A stretch of DNA of 62,486 nt, the filler included, from Acidimicrobiia bacterium (GTDB lineage Bacteria; Actinomycetota; Acidimicrobiia; Spongiisociales; JAHEDJ01): NCBI GenBank assembly GCA_029210695.1. It is 2 parts of 2 records of this genome, joined end to end, with 100 filler letters (N's around TTAATTAATTAA, not from the genome) between each part and the next. Parts side by side here need not be neighbours in the genome. Positions count along the whole stretch, not along the records: positions 1 to 31,295 come from JARGFH010000046.1; 1 more part is not named here. One strand, 5' to 3'. Positions 17,532 to 26,805 of this stretch are shown one piece after another. The position numbers were made by a program, and so were the translations under genes. The first letter of the stretch is position 1. Every line of letters begins with the position of its first letter. The notes beneath the pieces are model-generated. The model was not told where the DNA came from. It made no database searches and saw nothing but the letters and a program-made list of their open reading frames with translations.

Positions 17532-20255
17532 ATGAGCAAATGGGTATACGCCTTCGGTGAAGTTGAGCAAGCAAAGGCACACGCTGGTGGGGAGTGGGAC
17601 GGCGTTCGATCGCTTCTCGGAGGAAAAGGCGCCAACCTCGCCGAGATGACTCGTATCGGTGTCCCGGTGCCGCCCGGATTCACCATCACGACGGAGGCGT
17701 GCAACGCCTACCTCGCGGCCGGTGAGCGCTTCCCGGACGACATGTGGGACCAGGTGGTCGCTGCTCTGAAGGATGTGGAAGCCGCGGCGGGAAAGAAGTT
17801 CGGAGACCCATCGAATCCTCTGCTGGTTTCCTGCCGGTCGGGTGCGAAGTTCTCGATGCCGGGAATGATGGACACGGTCCTCAATATCGGGCTCAACGAT
17901 GAGGTCGCCGAAGGGATGGTCCAACTCACGGGTGATGCCCGGTTCGTATACGACTCATACCGGCGACTCGTGCAGATGTTCGGCTCCGTCGTCTTGAACG
18001 TCGACGGCGACCCATTCGAGGATGTTCTCGCCGAGTACCGCGGCAAGCGGGGCGTCGAGACCGACTCCGAATTGACCGCAGAGGACTTCAGGGAGATCGT
18101 CGGGAAGTTCAAGGCGATCGTTCGTCGCTATGCGCGGCAGGATTTCCCTTCCGATCCGATTCGCCAGCTGGCCCTGGCGGCTGAAGCCGTCTTCCGCTCG
18201 TGGAACGGAAAGCGGGCGTTCGACTATCGCAACGCGGCTCACATCGCCCACGATCTCGGAACGGGTGTGAACATCCAGACGATGGTGTTCGGCAACATGG
18301 GCGACGACTCGGCGACGGGTGTGGCGATGTCTCGGAATGCGACCACCGGTGAGGCCAAACTGGAAGGCGATTTCCTGGTAAATGCTCAGGGTGAAGATGT
18401 AGTGGCCGGGAACCGGGCCACCGACCCGATCGATCACCTCCGGGAGGTCATGCCTTCCCTCTACGAGGAGTTCGCAGCGACGGCAACGAAACTCGAACAG
18501 CACTACCGCGAGATGCAGGACATGGAGTTCACCATCGAACGCGGCAAACTGTGGCTGCTCCAAACCCGCGACGGCAAGCGCACCGCTCAGGCCGCCGTCA
18601 GGATCGCGGCAGATCAGTTCGAGGAGGGCATGATCACTAAAGAGGAAGCCGTGATGCGGGTCCATCCCGATCAGGTGGACTTCTTCCTTCATCCGCAGTT
18701 CGACCAGGAATCCAGGCAACAGGCCATCGACAAGGGTGACCTTCTGGCGATCGGTTTGAACGTGTCTCCGGGAGCTGCCGTCGGTATCGTCGCCTTCGAC
18801 GCCGATCTGGCGGAAACCTGGGCGAAGACCGAAGGGAAGCACGTGATCATGGTGCGTCCCGAGACGAAGCCGGACGATGTGCACGGGATGCTCGCCGCCG
18901 ACGGAATTCTGACGAGTCGGGGCGGACGCACCAGTCATGCCGCGCTGGTTGCCAGACAGTTCGGGAAGCCGGCCGTTGTCGGCGTGGCCGAACTCGAGAT
19001 CGACATGGCTAACCGCAAGATGGCGGTTTCCGGCAAGGAGGTCGTGGAGGGCGACTGGGTATCAATCGATGGGACAACCGGTGAGGTGTTCGCGGGACAA
19101 CTCAGCACCAAGGTCCCGGACATCGAGGACCCATGGCTCACCAAGCTCCTGTCGTGGGCCGATGAGTTCCGTCGCCTCGAGGTGTGGACCAATGCCGACT
19201 ACCCGCTGGATGCCGAGCGTGCACGGGCCTACGGCGCACAGGGCATCGGGCTTTGCCGGACGGAACACATGTTCTTCGAGCCGGATCGTCTGCCGTTTGT
19301 ACAACAGATGATCACGACGGAGTCGGCGACGCGGCGCCAGGAGGCTCTGGAAGTGCTGCTCCCGTTTCAACGTGAGGACTTCGCCGGATTGTTCCGGGCA
19401 ATGGACGGCCTTCCCGTCATTATCCGGTTGATCGATCCTCCCTTGCATGAGTTCCTGCCCGGCTACGAAGACCTGATGCTGTCGATCACGGACCACAAGA
19501 TCCGGCTGGCCCATGCCACTTCCCTGCTCGAACTCGACGGCATCCTCCACGAGGTGGGGGAACAGGAGCGCATGCTCGAGCGGGTTGAGGCGTTGAGAGA
19601 GATGAACCCGATGCTCGGCACCCGTGGTGTGCGGCTCGGGATCATGATCCCCGAACTCACCAAGATGCAGGTGCGAGCGATCTTCGAAGCGGCCTGCCAG
19701 GTGGCCAGGGAGGGAGTCGATGCTCACCCCGAGGTCATGATCCCGCTCACCAGCCACGTCAATGAATTGAAGCGCCAGCGTGAGGTGCTCGAAGGCGAAG
19801 CCAGATTGGTGATGGACGAGCAGGGCACCGAGGTCAACTACAAGTTCGGAACGATGATCGAGATTCCGCGGGCGGCCATCACGGCCGAACAGATGGCGGA
19901 GTACGCGGAGTTCTTCTCGTTCGGCACCAACGACTTGACGCAGACCACCTTCGGGATCAGCAGGGACGACGCGGAAACCGGATTCCTGATCTCCTATCTC
20001 GAACAGGGGATTCTCACGGTGAACCCGTTCGCTTCCCTGGACGAAGAGGGCGTCGGCAAGCTCATGGAGTGGGCAGTTGAACAGGGGCGGAAGACACGTC
20101 CAGACCTGGAGGTCGGAATCTGTGGTGAGCACGGCGGCGATCCCAGCTCTATCGATCTCTGCCACCGGCTCAATCTCGATTATGTGAGTTGCTCACCGTT
20201 CCGCGTTCCGATCGCCCGATTGGCGGCGGCCCAGGCGGCCCTGCGGCACGGATAG
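17532..20255 (+). CDS. ppdK: Pyruvate, phosphate dikinase
   Basis: LGGKGANLAEM, GGRTSHAA (phospho-His), GLCRTEHMF, SFGTNDLTQ and GICGEHGG. Confidence 0.98.
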   Translation: MSKWVYAFGEVEQAKAHAGGEWDGVRSLLGGKGANLAEMTRIGVPVPPGFTITTEACNAYLAAGERFPDDMWDQVVAALKDVEAAAGKKFGDPSNPLLVSCRSGAKFSMPGMMDTVLNIGLNDEVAEGMVQLTGDARFVYDSYRRLVQMFGSVVLNVDGDPFEDVLAEYRGKRGVETDSELTAEDFREIVGKFKAIVRRYARQDFPSDPIRQLALAAEAVFRSWNGKRAFDYRNAAHIAHDLGTGVNIQTMVFGNMGDDSATGVAMSRNATTGEAKLEGDFLVNAQGEDVVAGNRATDPIDHLREVMPSLYEEFAATATKLEQHYREMQDMEFTIERGKLWLLQTRDGKRTAQAAVRIAADQFEEGMITKEEAVMRVHPDQVDFFLHPQFDQESRQQAIDKGDLLAIGLNVSPGAAVGIVAFDADLAETWAKTEGKHVIMVRPETKPDDVHGMLAADGILTSRGGRTSHAALVARQFGKPAVVGVAELEIDMANRKMAVSGKEVVEGDWVSIDGTTGEVFAGQLSTKVPDIEDPWLTKLLSWADEFRRLEVWTNADYPLDAERARAYGAQGIGLCRTEHMFFEPDRLPFVQQMITTESATRRQEALEVLLPFQREDFAGLFRAMDGLPVIIRLIDPPLHEFLPGYEDLMLSITDHKIRLAHATSLLELDGILHEVGEQERMLERVEALREMNPMLGTRGVRLGIMIPELTKMQVRAIFEAACQVAREGVDAHPEVMIPLTSHVNELKRQREVLEGEARLVMDEQGTEVNYKFGTMIEIPRAAITAEQMAEYAEFFSFGTNDLTQTTFGISRDDAETGFLISYLEQGILTVNPFASLDEEGVGKLMEWAVEQGRKTRPDLEVGICGEHGGDPSSIDLCHRLNLDYVSCSPFRVPIARLAAAQAALRHG

Positions 20256-20262
20256 CGGCCAA

Positions 20263-20324
20263 AAACCCGTTCTCGCGCGGGGATCGCTCCCTATAGGGGC
20301 GGATTCCCGCGCGAGAACGGGTTT
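20263..20324. repeat. REP-like palindromic element, copy 2 (may also act as the ppdK terminator)
   Basis: Perfect 19-bp arms AAACCCGTTCTCGCGCGGG / CCCGCGCGAGAACGGGTTT; TATA-centred inner stem. Confidence 0.85.
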
Positions 20325-20365
20325 GTTGATCACGGTTGGCGCCCGGGCCACCTAGCCTCCGGTGC

Positions 20366-20854
20366 ATGCAGAGAGTCGTACCCGGTCCCGGTCAGGAATC
20401 GGTATGGGACTACCCCCGACCGCCGCGGGTTGAGCGATCGGCGGTTCCCGTCTGGATCGAGTTCTCCGGGCGTCCGGTGGCACGTTCCGACCGGGCCCTC
20501 CGTGTGCTCGAGACGAGCCATCCGCCCGTCTTCTACATTCCCCTGGACGATGTCGACCCCGGGGTCCTGGAACCGAGCCCCACCAGTTCGTTCTGTGAGT
20601 TCAAAGGACGGGCCTCCTACTACACGCTGCGCGTGGGTGAGGCCGTCTCAGTGGATGCAGCCTGGACCTACCTCGATCCCTCCCCCGGCTACGAGATCCT
20701 GGCCGGCGCAGTGGCCTTCTACCCGGGGCGGGTTGACGCCTGCTACGTTGGCGACGAGCTTGTCGAGCCCCAACCGGGCGACTTCTACGGGGGATGGATC
20801 ACCAGCAACGTTGTTGGACCGTTCAAGGGTGGGGCGGGCACACGGGGTTGGTAA
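20366..20854 (+). CDS. DUF427 domain protein
   Basis: ESVWDYPRPP, LETSHPP.FY, CEFKG.A.Y and FYGGWIT. Confidence 0.9.
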   Translation: MQRVVPGPGQESVWDYPRPPRVERSAVPVWIEFSGRPVARSDRALRVLETSHPPVFYIPLDDVDPGVLEPSPTSSFCEFKGRASYYTLRVGEAVSVDAAWTYLDPSPGYEILAGAVAFYPGRVDACYVGDELVEPQPGDFYGGWITSNVVGPFKGGAGTRGW

Positions 20855-20888
20855 TCGGGTGGTCGGCGATCGGTCTAGATTCGCCACC

Positions 20889-21674
20889 ATGACGTCCCGG
20901 TCCGTGGTCCAGGCGAACAGCCATGCCAGCGTCTCGATCGATCTCGACCAGGGTTGTCGGCTTGCTTCCCTCGTCGTTGATGGCAATGAACTGCTGGTCA
21001 CGGAGGGGTCGGGCCCAATCGACTGGGGCTGTTACCCGATGGCGCCATACGCGGGACGGGTCCGGGACGGTCGGTTCTCGTTTGAGGGGTCAGACTTCGA
21101 ACTCCCCAGAACGGTCGGCCGGCATGCGATACATGGAACGGTCTACCTGCAGCCTTGGGAGCAAGAGGGCCCGTCTTCGTTCGTCGCCGAACTGAACGAT
21201 CCGTGGCCGTTCACCGGGTTCGTCCGGCAGGACGTTCGGCTCGAGGAGGATGCGATTCGATTGCGGCTGGAGGTCCATGCTCTTGAGCGGCCGATGCCCG
21301 CCTCCTGCGGCTGGCATCCCTGGTTTCGAAGGACCGTCGCGGGTGCTCCGCTGCGATTGGAGTTCGAGCCGGGTTTTGCGTTGGAACGGGACGCCGACGG
21401 GATCACCACCAGAGCGCAGGCGCCCGTTCCGTCGGAGCCCTGGGACGAGTGCTTCGGCGGTGTCGGCCGGCCACCCGTTGTCGAGTGGCCGGGTGTGGTT
21501 CGCCTCGAAATCGCCTCGGACTGTCCATGGTGGGTGGCGTATACGGAGCCCCCTCACGCCGTGTGTATCGAACCGCAGACACATCCGCCGGATGCGCTGA
21601 ATCATGTTCCGTTCGTAGTAGAACCGGGGAGTCCGCTGGTGGCGGCTACGACGATCAGTTGGAGGAGAGGTTGA
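20889..21674 (+). CDS. Aldose 1-epimerase family protein
   Basis: PYAGRV, HAIHG, GWHPWF and CIEPQT. Confidence 0.88.
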   Translation: MTSRSVVQANSHASVSIDLDQGCRLASLVVDGNELLVTEGSGPIDWGCYPMAPYAGRVRDGRFSFEGSDFELPRTVGRHAIHGTVYLQPWEQEGPSSFVAELNDPWPFTGFVRQDVRLEEDAIRLRLEVHALERPMPASCGWHPWFRRTVAGAPLRLEFEPGFALERDADGITTRAQAPVPSEPWDECFGGVGRPPVVEWPGVVRLEIASDCPWWVAYTEPPHAVCIEPQTHPPDALNHVPFVVEPGSPLVAATTISWRRG

Positions 21675-21675
21675 C

Positions 21676-22662
21676 ATGGACCGTGTGAGATGGGGTGTTG
21701 TGAGTACCGCCGGCATCGGGCTCGGGAAGGTGATCCCCGCCATTCAGCAGGCCCCGAATTGCGAGGTGGTCGCCATCGCCTCTCGCCGGGCGGGGCGGGC
21801 GAGAGCAGCCGCAGACCAGTTGGGAATTCCCCGGTCATTCGGTTCCTACGAGGACCTCGTACACGCCGACGGCGTCGATGCCCTCTACATCCCCCTCCCG
21901 AATCACCTGCATCTCGAATGGACGGCCGCCGCCGCCGGGGCCGGGAAGCATGTTCTGTGCGAGAAGCCCCTGGCGCTCACCTCCGCCGACGCCCGCCAGA
22001 TGGTCGCCGTGTGCGCGACGGCCGGGGTGAAGTTCATGGAGGCCTTCATGTACCGGCTGCATCCGTCCTGGGTGAAGGTGCAACAGCTGGTTACTTCCGG
22101 AGCGATTGGAGAGCTTCGGGCGATCCAGACCCGCTTCGCCTATTTCAACGATGATCCGGACAACATTCGCAACCAGCTCGTAACAGGAGGCGGGGCGCTG
22201 ATGGACATTGGCTGCTACGCCATCAACCTGTCGAGGATGCTGTTCGGGAGCGAGCCGACCGGCGTTTCGGCTGCCGTCAGGCGGGATCCGGGCTCGGGCG
22301 TCGATATCCTGACCTCCGCTTTGCTCGAATTCGGAGCAGGCCAGGCTACGTTCACCGTCTCCACACAGGCTGAGCCCGACCAGCGGGTTCATCTCATGGG
22401 TACTGCCGGGCGCATCGAGGTCGAAATACCTTTCAACATCCCACCCGATGCCGAGACCAGGGTATTCGTCACGGGTGGCGGCAACCCGCCGACGGATCCC
22501 GACACGGTCACGATCGCCTTCCCCGCCGTCGATCCGTACACCATCCAGGCCGAGCTGTTCGCTCGGGCGATCCTCGATGACTCCGCCGTGCCAACGCCCC
22601 CGGAGGATGGTGTTGCCAATATGGAAGTCGTCGAGCGGGTCCTGGCTGCCGCGGCCGGGTAG
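21676..22662 (+). CDS. Gfo/Idh/MocA family oxidoreductase
   Basis: GKHVLCEKP and GGGALMDIGCY. Confidence 0.93.
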   Translation: MDRVRWGVVSTAGIGLGKVIPAIQQAPNCEVVAIASRRAGRARAAADQLGIPRSFGSYEDLVHADGVDALYIPLPNHLHLEWTAAAAGAGKHVLCEKPLALTSADARQMVAVCATAGVKFMEAFMYRLHPSWVKVQQLVTSGAIGELRAIQTRFAYFNDDPDNIRNQLVTGGGALMDIGCYAINLSRMLFGSEPTGVSAAVRRDPGSGVDILTSALLEFGAGQATFTVSTQAEPDQRVHLMGTAGRIEVEIPFNIPPDAETRVFVTGGGNPPTDPDTVTIAFPAVDPYTIQAELFARAILDDSAVPTPPEDGVANMEVVERVLAAAAG

Positions 22663-22676
22663 GCAAGCCGGCTTGA

Positions 22677-23873
22677 TCACACGTCGAAATCCAAGGTCGC
22701 GCTGGTCCAGGCTCCACCTGCGGTACTCGATGCAATGGCGGCTTCCACGAACTTCGTGCCGAGAACTCCGTCCAGGGCGTTCGGGAAATGCATGGCGAGC
22801 GGGTCGGCGGCTTCACCGGAGCGCCGCGCCGCGATCGCCTCGGCCGCATCGGAATATACGTTTGCGAAGCCTTCATGGAAGCCTTCCGGGTGTCCTGCGA
22901 CGATGCGGCTGGCGCGGGCGGCCAGGGGCAGAGTGCCCGGCCCATTGGGTGTTCGGACCTCAGCCGGACCTTCGAGGGGTTTGAAGATCAGGTTGGTCGG
23001 TTGCTCCTGCATCCACTCGATCGTGCCGGCCGTACCGGATGCCCGGATGCGGAGGCAGTTTTCGACGCCGGCGGCGGCCTGAGTGACCCAGAAGCTCCCT
23101 CTTGCACCGTTGTCAAAACGGAGCATGGCGGAGGCGTAGTCGTCGACGAGCCGGTTGGGGACGATGTGGCCGATCTCGGCGGCGACCTCCGACACTTCCA
23201 GTGCCGTTACGAACCGGATGAGGTTGTGGGCGTGGGTTCCGATGTCGCCCATCACCAGCGAGGGTCCTCCACGGACCGGGTCATAGCGCCAGGGCAGCCC
23301 GGCCTTCGGTACTGGATCGTGTTCGTCGGCTTTGCCGCCCTGGACGTACTCGACCTGCACCAGTCTGATTTCGCCGAGCTGCCCGCTCTCGATCATGGCC
23401 CGCGCCTGTCGCACCATTGCGTAGCCCGTGTAGTTGTGCGTCAGACAGAAGACGAGCCCGGACGTCCTAACGTGCTCGAGCACGTCGACGGCTTCCTCGA
23501 GTGTGTTGGTGATGGGTTTGTCACAGATGACGTCGAACCCGCGATCTATGGCTGCAATCGAATAGGCGTGGTGACTGTCATTCGGGGTCATGATGGCAAC
23601 GACATCGGCACCGTCCTGGCGGCCTGCTTCGGAGTCCAACAGTTCGAGAACCTCGCCGTAGGCCCGGTCTGCGTCGATCCCGATCGCCTGTCCTGCAGCA
23701 CGAGACCGATCGGGATCTGATGCCAGAACGCCGGCAACAAGCTCATAACGATTGTCCAGTCGGGCTGCCGCCCGATGCGTAGCGCCGATGAAGCTCCCCG
23801 GTCCGCCGCCGACGACGGCGAGACGGAGGCGACGGCCCATCATCTCAGTCACAGGATTTCTATTCATCTCCAT
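22677..23873 (-). CDS. Gfo/Idh/MocA family oxidoreductase
   Basis: GGGPGSFIG, TPNDSH, CDKP, GDIGTH and GHPEG; start uncertain (23867-23909). Confidence 0.92.
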   Translation of the reverse strand: MEMNRNPVTEMMGRRLRLAVVGGGPGSFIGATHRAAARLDNRYELVAGVLASDPDRSRAAGQAIGIDADRAYGEVLELLDSEAGRQDGADVVAIMTPNDSHHAYSIAAIDRGFDVICDKPITNTLEEAVDVLEHVRTSGLVFCLTHNYTGYAMVRQARAMIESGQLGEIRLVQVEYVQGGKADEHDPVPKAGLPWRYDPVRGGPSLVMGDIGTHAHNLIRFVTALEVSEVAAEIGHIVPNRLVDDYASAMLRFDNGARGSFWVTQAAAGVENCLRIRASGTAGTIEWMQEQPTNLIFKPLEGPAEVRTPNGPGTLPLAARASRIVAGHPEGFHEGFANVYSDAAEAIAARRSGEAADPLAMHFPNALDGVLGTKFVEAAIASSTAGGAWTSATLDFDV

Positions 23874-23990
23874 CCGATGTGTGAGCGTAGTTGTCCAAGC
23901 AATCGACACACCATAGATCTGGCAGCTCGACCGGGGTGCCGGAGCGCGGCATATGGATCAAGGCCTCGGTGGGTGGACCAGAATGGCCGC

Positions 23991-25400
23991 ATGGCTGAAT
24001 ACGACGCCGTGGTAATTGGTTCGGGTCCCAATGGTCTGGCTGCTGCCGTGGTTCTGGCGCAATCCGAAAGGCGGGTCCTGGTTATAGAGAGCTCGGACCG
24101 GATCGGCGGAGGAACGCGCACCGACGAGCTGACGCTGCCCGGTTTTCTGCACGACGTTTGCTCTGCGATTCACCCGCTCGGCGTGGCTTCGCCGTTCTTC
24201 CGCGAGATCGGCGCCGGCGACTGGGTCGATCCGGAGATTCCTGTTGCCCATCCGCTCGACGGTGGGCGCGTCGGTGCCCTCTATCGAAGCCTCGATGACA
24301 CCGTCGGAGGTCTGGCAACGGACGGGGCGCGCTATCGCCGCCTTGTCGGCCGGCTCGTTGAGAATGCGCACGATGTGATTGGCCAGATACTCGGCCCTCT
24401 GCGAATACCTCCTTCGCATCCGGTGACCTTGGGTCGATTTGGCCTCCCGGGCCTTCTCCCTGCCTCGACGGTTGTGCGAGGTCTGCAGACCGACCCGGCC
24501 CGGGCGCTCTACGCCGGTCTGGCCGCTCATGCCATAGCTCCCTTCAACCACCCGTTTACGGGGGCCGTGGCATCGATTTTCGCGGTGACGGCGCACGTCT
24601 ACGGTTGGCCGATGGTGCGGGGTGGCTCGCAGCGACTCGCCGAGGAATTGGCCGCCCGAGTCGTCAACGGTGGGGGAACCGTGGAGATGGGACGCGTCAT
24701 CCGGTCGTTGGACGGGATCCCCCCGGCACCGATCGTCATGCTCGACGTGATGCCCGAGGCAGCTTTGCGCATCGGTGGCCATCGGTTGGATGGTGCGTCG
24801 AGGCGCCGTCTCGGCCGCCGGAAGACCGGACCCGGCGCGTTCAAGGTGGACTGGGCACTGGACGGCCCGATTCCGTGGGCAGACGAGGAAAGCGGACGGG
24901 CCGGAACCGTGCATGTCGGCGGGACCTATGAGGAGGTGGCGGCTGCCGAGGAGGCCGTCCATTCCGGCCGCCATCCCGATCGTCCCTTCGTCATCGTCGC
25001 CCAACAGTCGCTGTTCGACCAGACCCGGGCCCCCGCCGGCAAGCACACGGCCTGGGGGTACTGTCATGTACCCGCCCGATCGGATCGGGATATGACCGGA
25101 TCGATCGAGGCACAAATCGAGCGCTTTGCCCCCGGGTTCCGTGATCTGATCCTGGCGAGACACGTGATGGGGCCCACCGCTTTCGAGGACTACAACTCCA
25201 ATTACGTCGGAGGCGACATTGCCGGGGGAGCGTTCGGCGTCCGCCGGATCCTCCAGTTCGGGGAGACGAGACCCTATCGAATCGGCGAAGGTTTGTACTT
25301 ATGTTCGTCTGCAACTCCGCCGGGCGCCGGCGTGCACGGCATGTGCGGATATCACGCGGCGCGGGCAGCCATCAAGGAGGCGTCCCGGTCGGCCGGGTAG
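23991..25400 (+). CDS. FAD-dependent oxidoreductase, phytoene desaturase-like family
   Basis: GSGPNGL, HDVCSAIHP and PPGAGVHGMCGY. Confidence 0.9.
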   Translation: MAEYDAVVIGSGPNGLAAAVVLAQSERRVLVIESSDRIGGGTRTDELTLPGFLHDVCSAIHPLGVASPFFREIGAGDWVDPEIPVAHPLDGGRVGALYRSLDDTVGGLATDGARYRRLVGRLVENAHDVIGQILGPLRIPPSHPVTLGRFGLPGLLPASTVVRGLQTDPARALYAGLAAHAIAPFNHPFTGAVASIFAVTAHVYGWPMVRGGSQRLAEELAARVVNGGGTVEMGRVIRSLDGIPPAPIVMLDVMPEAALRIGGHRLDGASRRRLGRRKTGPGAFKVDWALDGPIPWADEESGRAGTVHVGGTYEEVAAAEEAVHSGRHPDRPFVIVAQQSLFDQTRAPAGKHTAWGYCHVPARSDRDMTGSIEAQIERFAPGFRDLILARHVMGPTAFEDYNSNYVGGDIAGGAFGVRRILQFGETRPYRIGEGLYLCSSATPPGAGVHGMCGYHAARAAIKEASRSAG

Positions 25401-25407
25401 CCGAGTC

Positions 25408-26007
25408 CTACCCCGGTCGCTCGATGCGGCTCCGAATCTCGCATCCCGCCAGATGATCGTTGACCAGGCCCATCGCTTGCATGAAGGCGTAGAGGGTGGT
25501 TGGGCCTACGAACGACCACCCCCGTCTCTTGAGATCCTTGCTCAGCGCAGTGGAGGCATCGGTCAGGGCCGGGAGGTCTTCGAGTTTCCGCGGCGCCGGT
25601 TGCGGTGGCGGGGCCTGGCCCCACACGTAGGAGGAAAGCGATCCGAACTCCTCGATCAGGGTCAGCGCCCTCCCGGCGTTGCTGATCGCCGACTCGATCT
25701 TCCCGCGATGCCGCACGATGCCGGCGTCGCCGAGCAACCGTTCCACGTCGTCGGATCCGAACGAGGCAACGGTCGGGATGTCGAAATTGGAAAACGCGGC
25801 CCTGAAGTTGTCGCGCTTGCGGAGGATCGTGATCCAGGCCAGTCCGGCCTGGAAACCCTCGAGGCACAGTTTCTCGAACAGTCTCGTGTCGTCGCGAGAC
25901 GGAAACCCCCATTCGGTGTCGTGGTACGAGAGATATAGAGGGTCTGAACCTGCCCACCGGCAACGGGCCGTCCCGTCCTCCCCCAGGAGAATGCTCGAAT
26001 TCGCCAT
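25408..26007 (-). CDS. tag: DNA-3-methyladenine glycosylase I
   Basis: YHDTEWG, LEGFQAGLAW, FVGPTT and NDHL..C. Confidence 0.96.
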   Translation of the reverse strand: MANSSILLGEDGTARCRWAGSDPLYLSYHDTEWGFPSRDDTRLFEKLCLEGFQAGLAWITILRKRDNFRAAFSNFDIPTVASFGSDDVERLLGDAGIVRHRGKIESAISNAGRALTLIEEFGSLSSYVWGQAPPPQPAPRKLEDLPALTDASTALSKDLKRRGWSFVGPTTLYAFMQAMGLVNDHLAGCEIRSRIERPG

Positions 26008-26025
26008 CGTCCGATGGTACCCCGG

Positions 26026-26598
26026 CTACTTCCTGCGCAGCTTGTCCATAATGAACAAGGCCCCCAGCGCAACCCAGATCCAGGCGAGGTCTCCCGGTCC
26101 GCTCGTTCCGGTTGCGTCGGCCCGGTACTGGAGTTCGACCAGCCGGTAGTCGGCCGTCTTGGCGACCAGTTCATCGTCGGAGAGGCGTCTGGGGTCGATC
26201 CCTGCTACCGGAGCGGCGAAACCGCTGGCGATGAGGATGTCGCGGATTATCGAAATCCGGAGCGGGTGGTCGGAGACGTCGGTTGCTTCGGCGAGCCAGC
26301 GTCCATCGGGGAGCCAGACCTCGACGGCGGGACCGGCCAGCACGTTGCGGTACCAGTCTGTGCGGGCGCCGAATCCGGCGAGCACGTACACCGACGAATA
26401 GGATGGCGCATAGTTGAGTGGGGTGAGGTGTCGTGCACCGGTCTTTCGCCCGGTGTGGACGAGGACCAGGATTCGACCCCCAACGGTCGGCCAGATGTTG
26501 ATGAGCCGTCTGAGGCCAAGTCTCCACATGGGGATCATGATCCAGCGATTCAGCCTCTTGAACCATCTCTGGAGCATGGCCGCGGTTGTGTCATCCAT
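26026..26598 (-). CDS. Deazaflavin-dependent nitroreductase-family protein
   Basis: HTGRKTG...TPLNY and DWYRNV; C-terminal TM. Confidence 0.85.
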   Translation of the reverse strand: MDDTTAAMLQRWFKRLNRWIMIPMWRLGLRRLINIWPTVGGRILVLVHTGRKTGARHLTPLNYAPSYSSVYVLAGFGARTDWYRNVLAGPAVEVWLPDGRWLAEATDVSDHPLRISIIRDILIASGFAAPVAGIDPRRLSDDELVAKTADYRLVELQYRADATGTSGPGDLAWIWVALGALFIMDKLRRK

Positions 26599-26805
26599 TT
26601 GCGAGTCCTCCGTTCTCAGACTGCCACGAAGCACGGGTAAACGCCAGGGGACAATGGACCGAGAAGCGCGTTCGTGCGTCGATGTGCGGCGGCGGTACTC
26701 GCCCGGGAGTGACGCAAGAACAGGCATCCGACCTTCGATTAACAACCGCGAAACAACCGTGCCGAGGGTTCCGGTTGAACTGCCATCATACGTAGGGTGT
26801 CGCCC

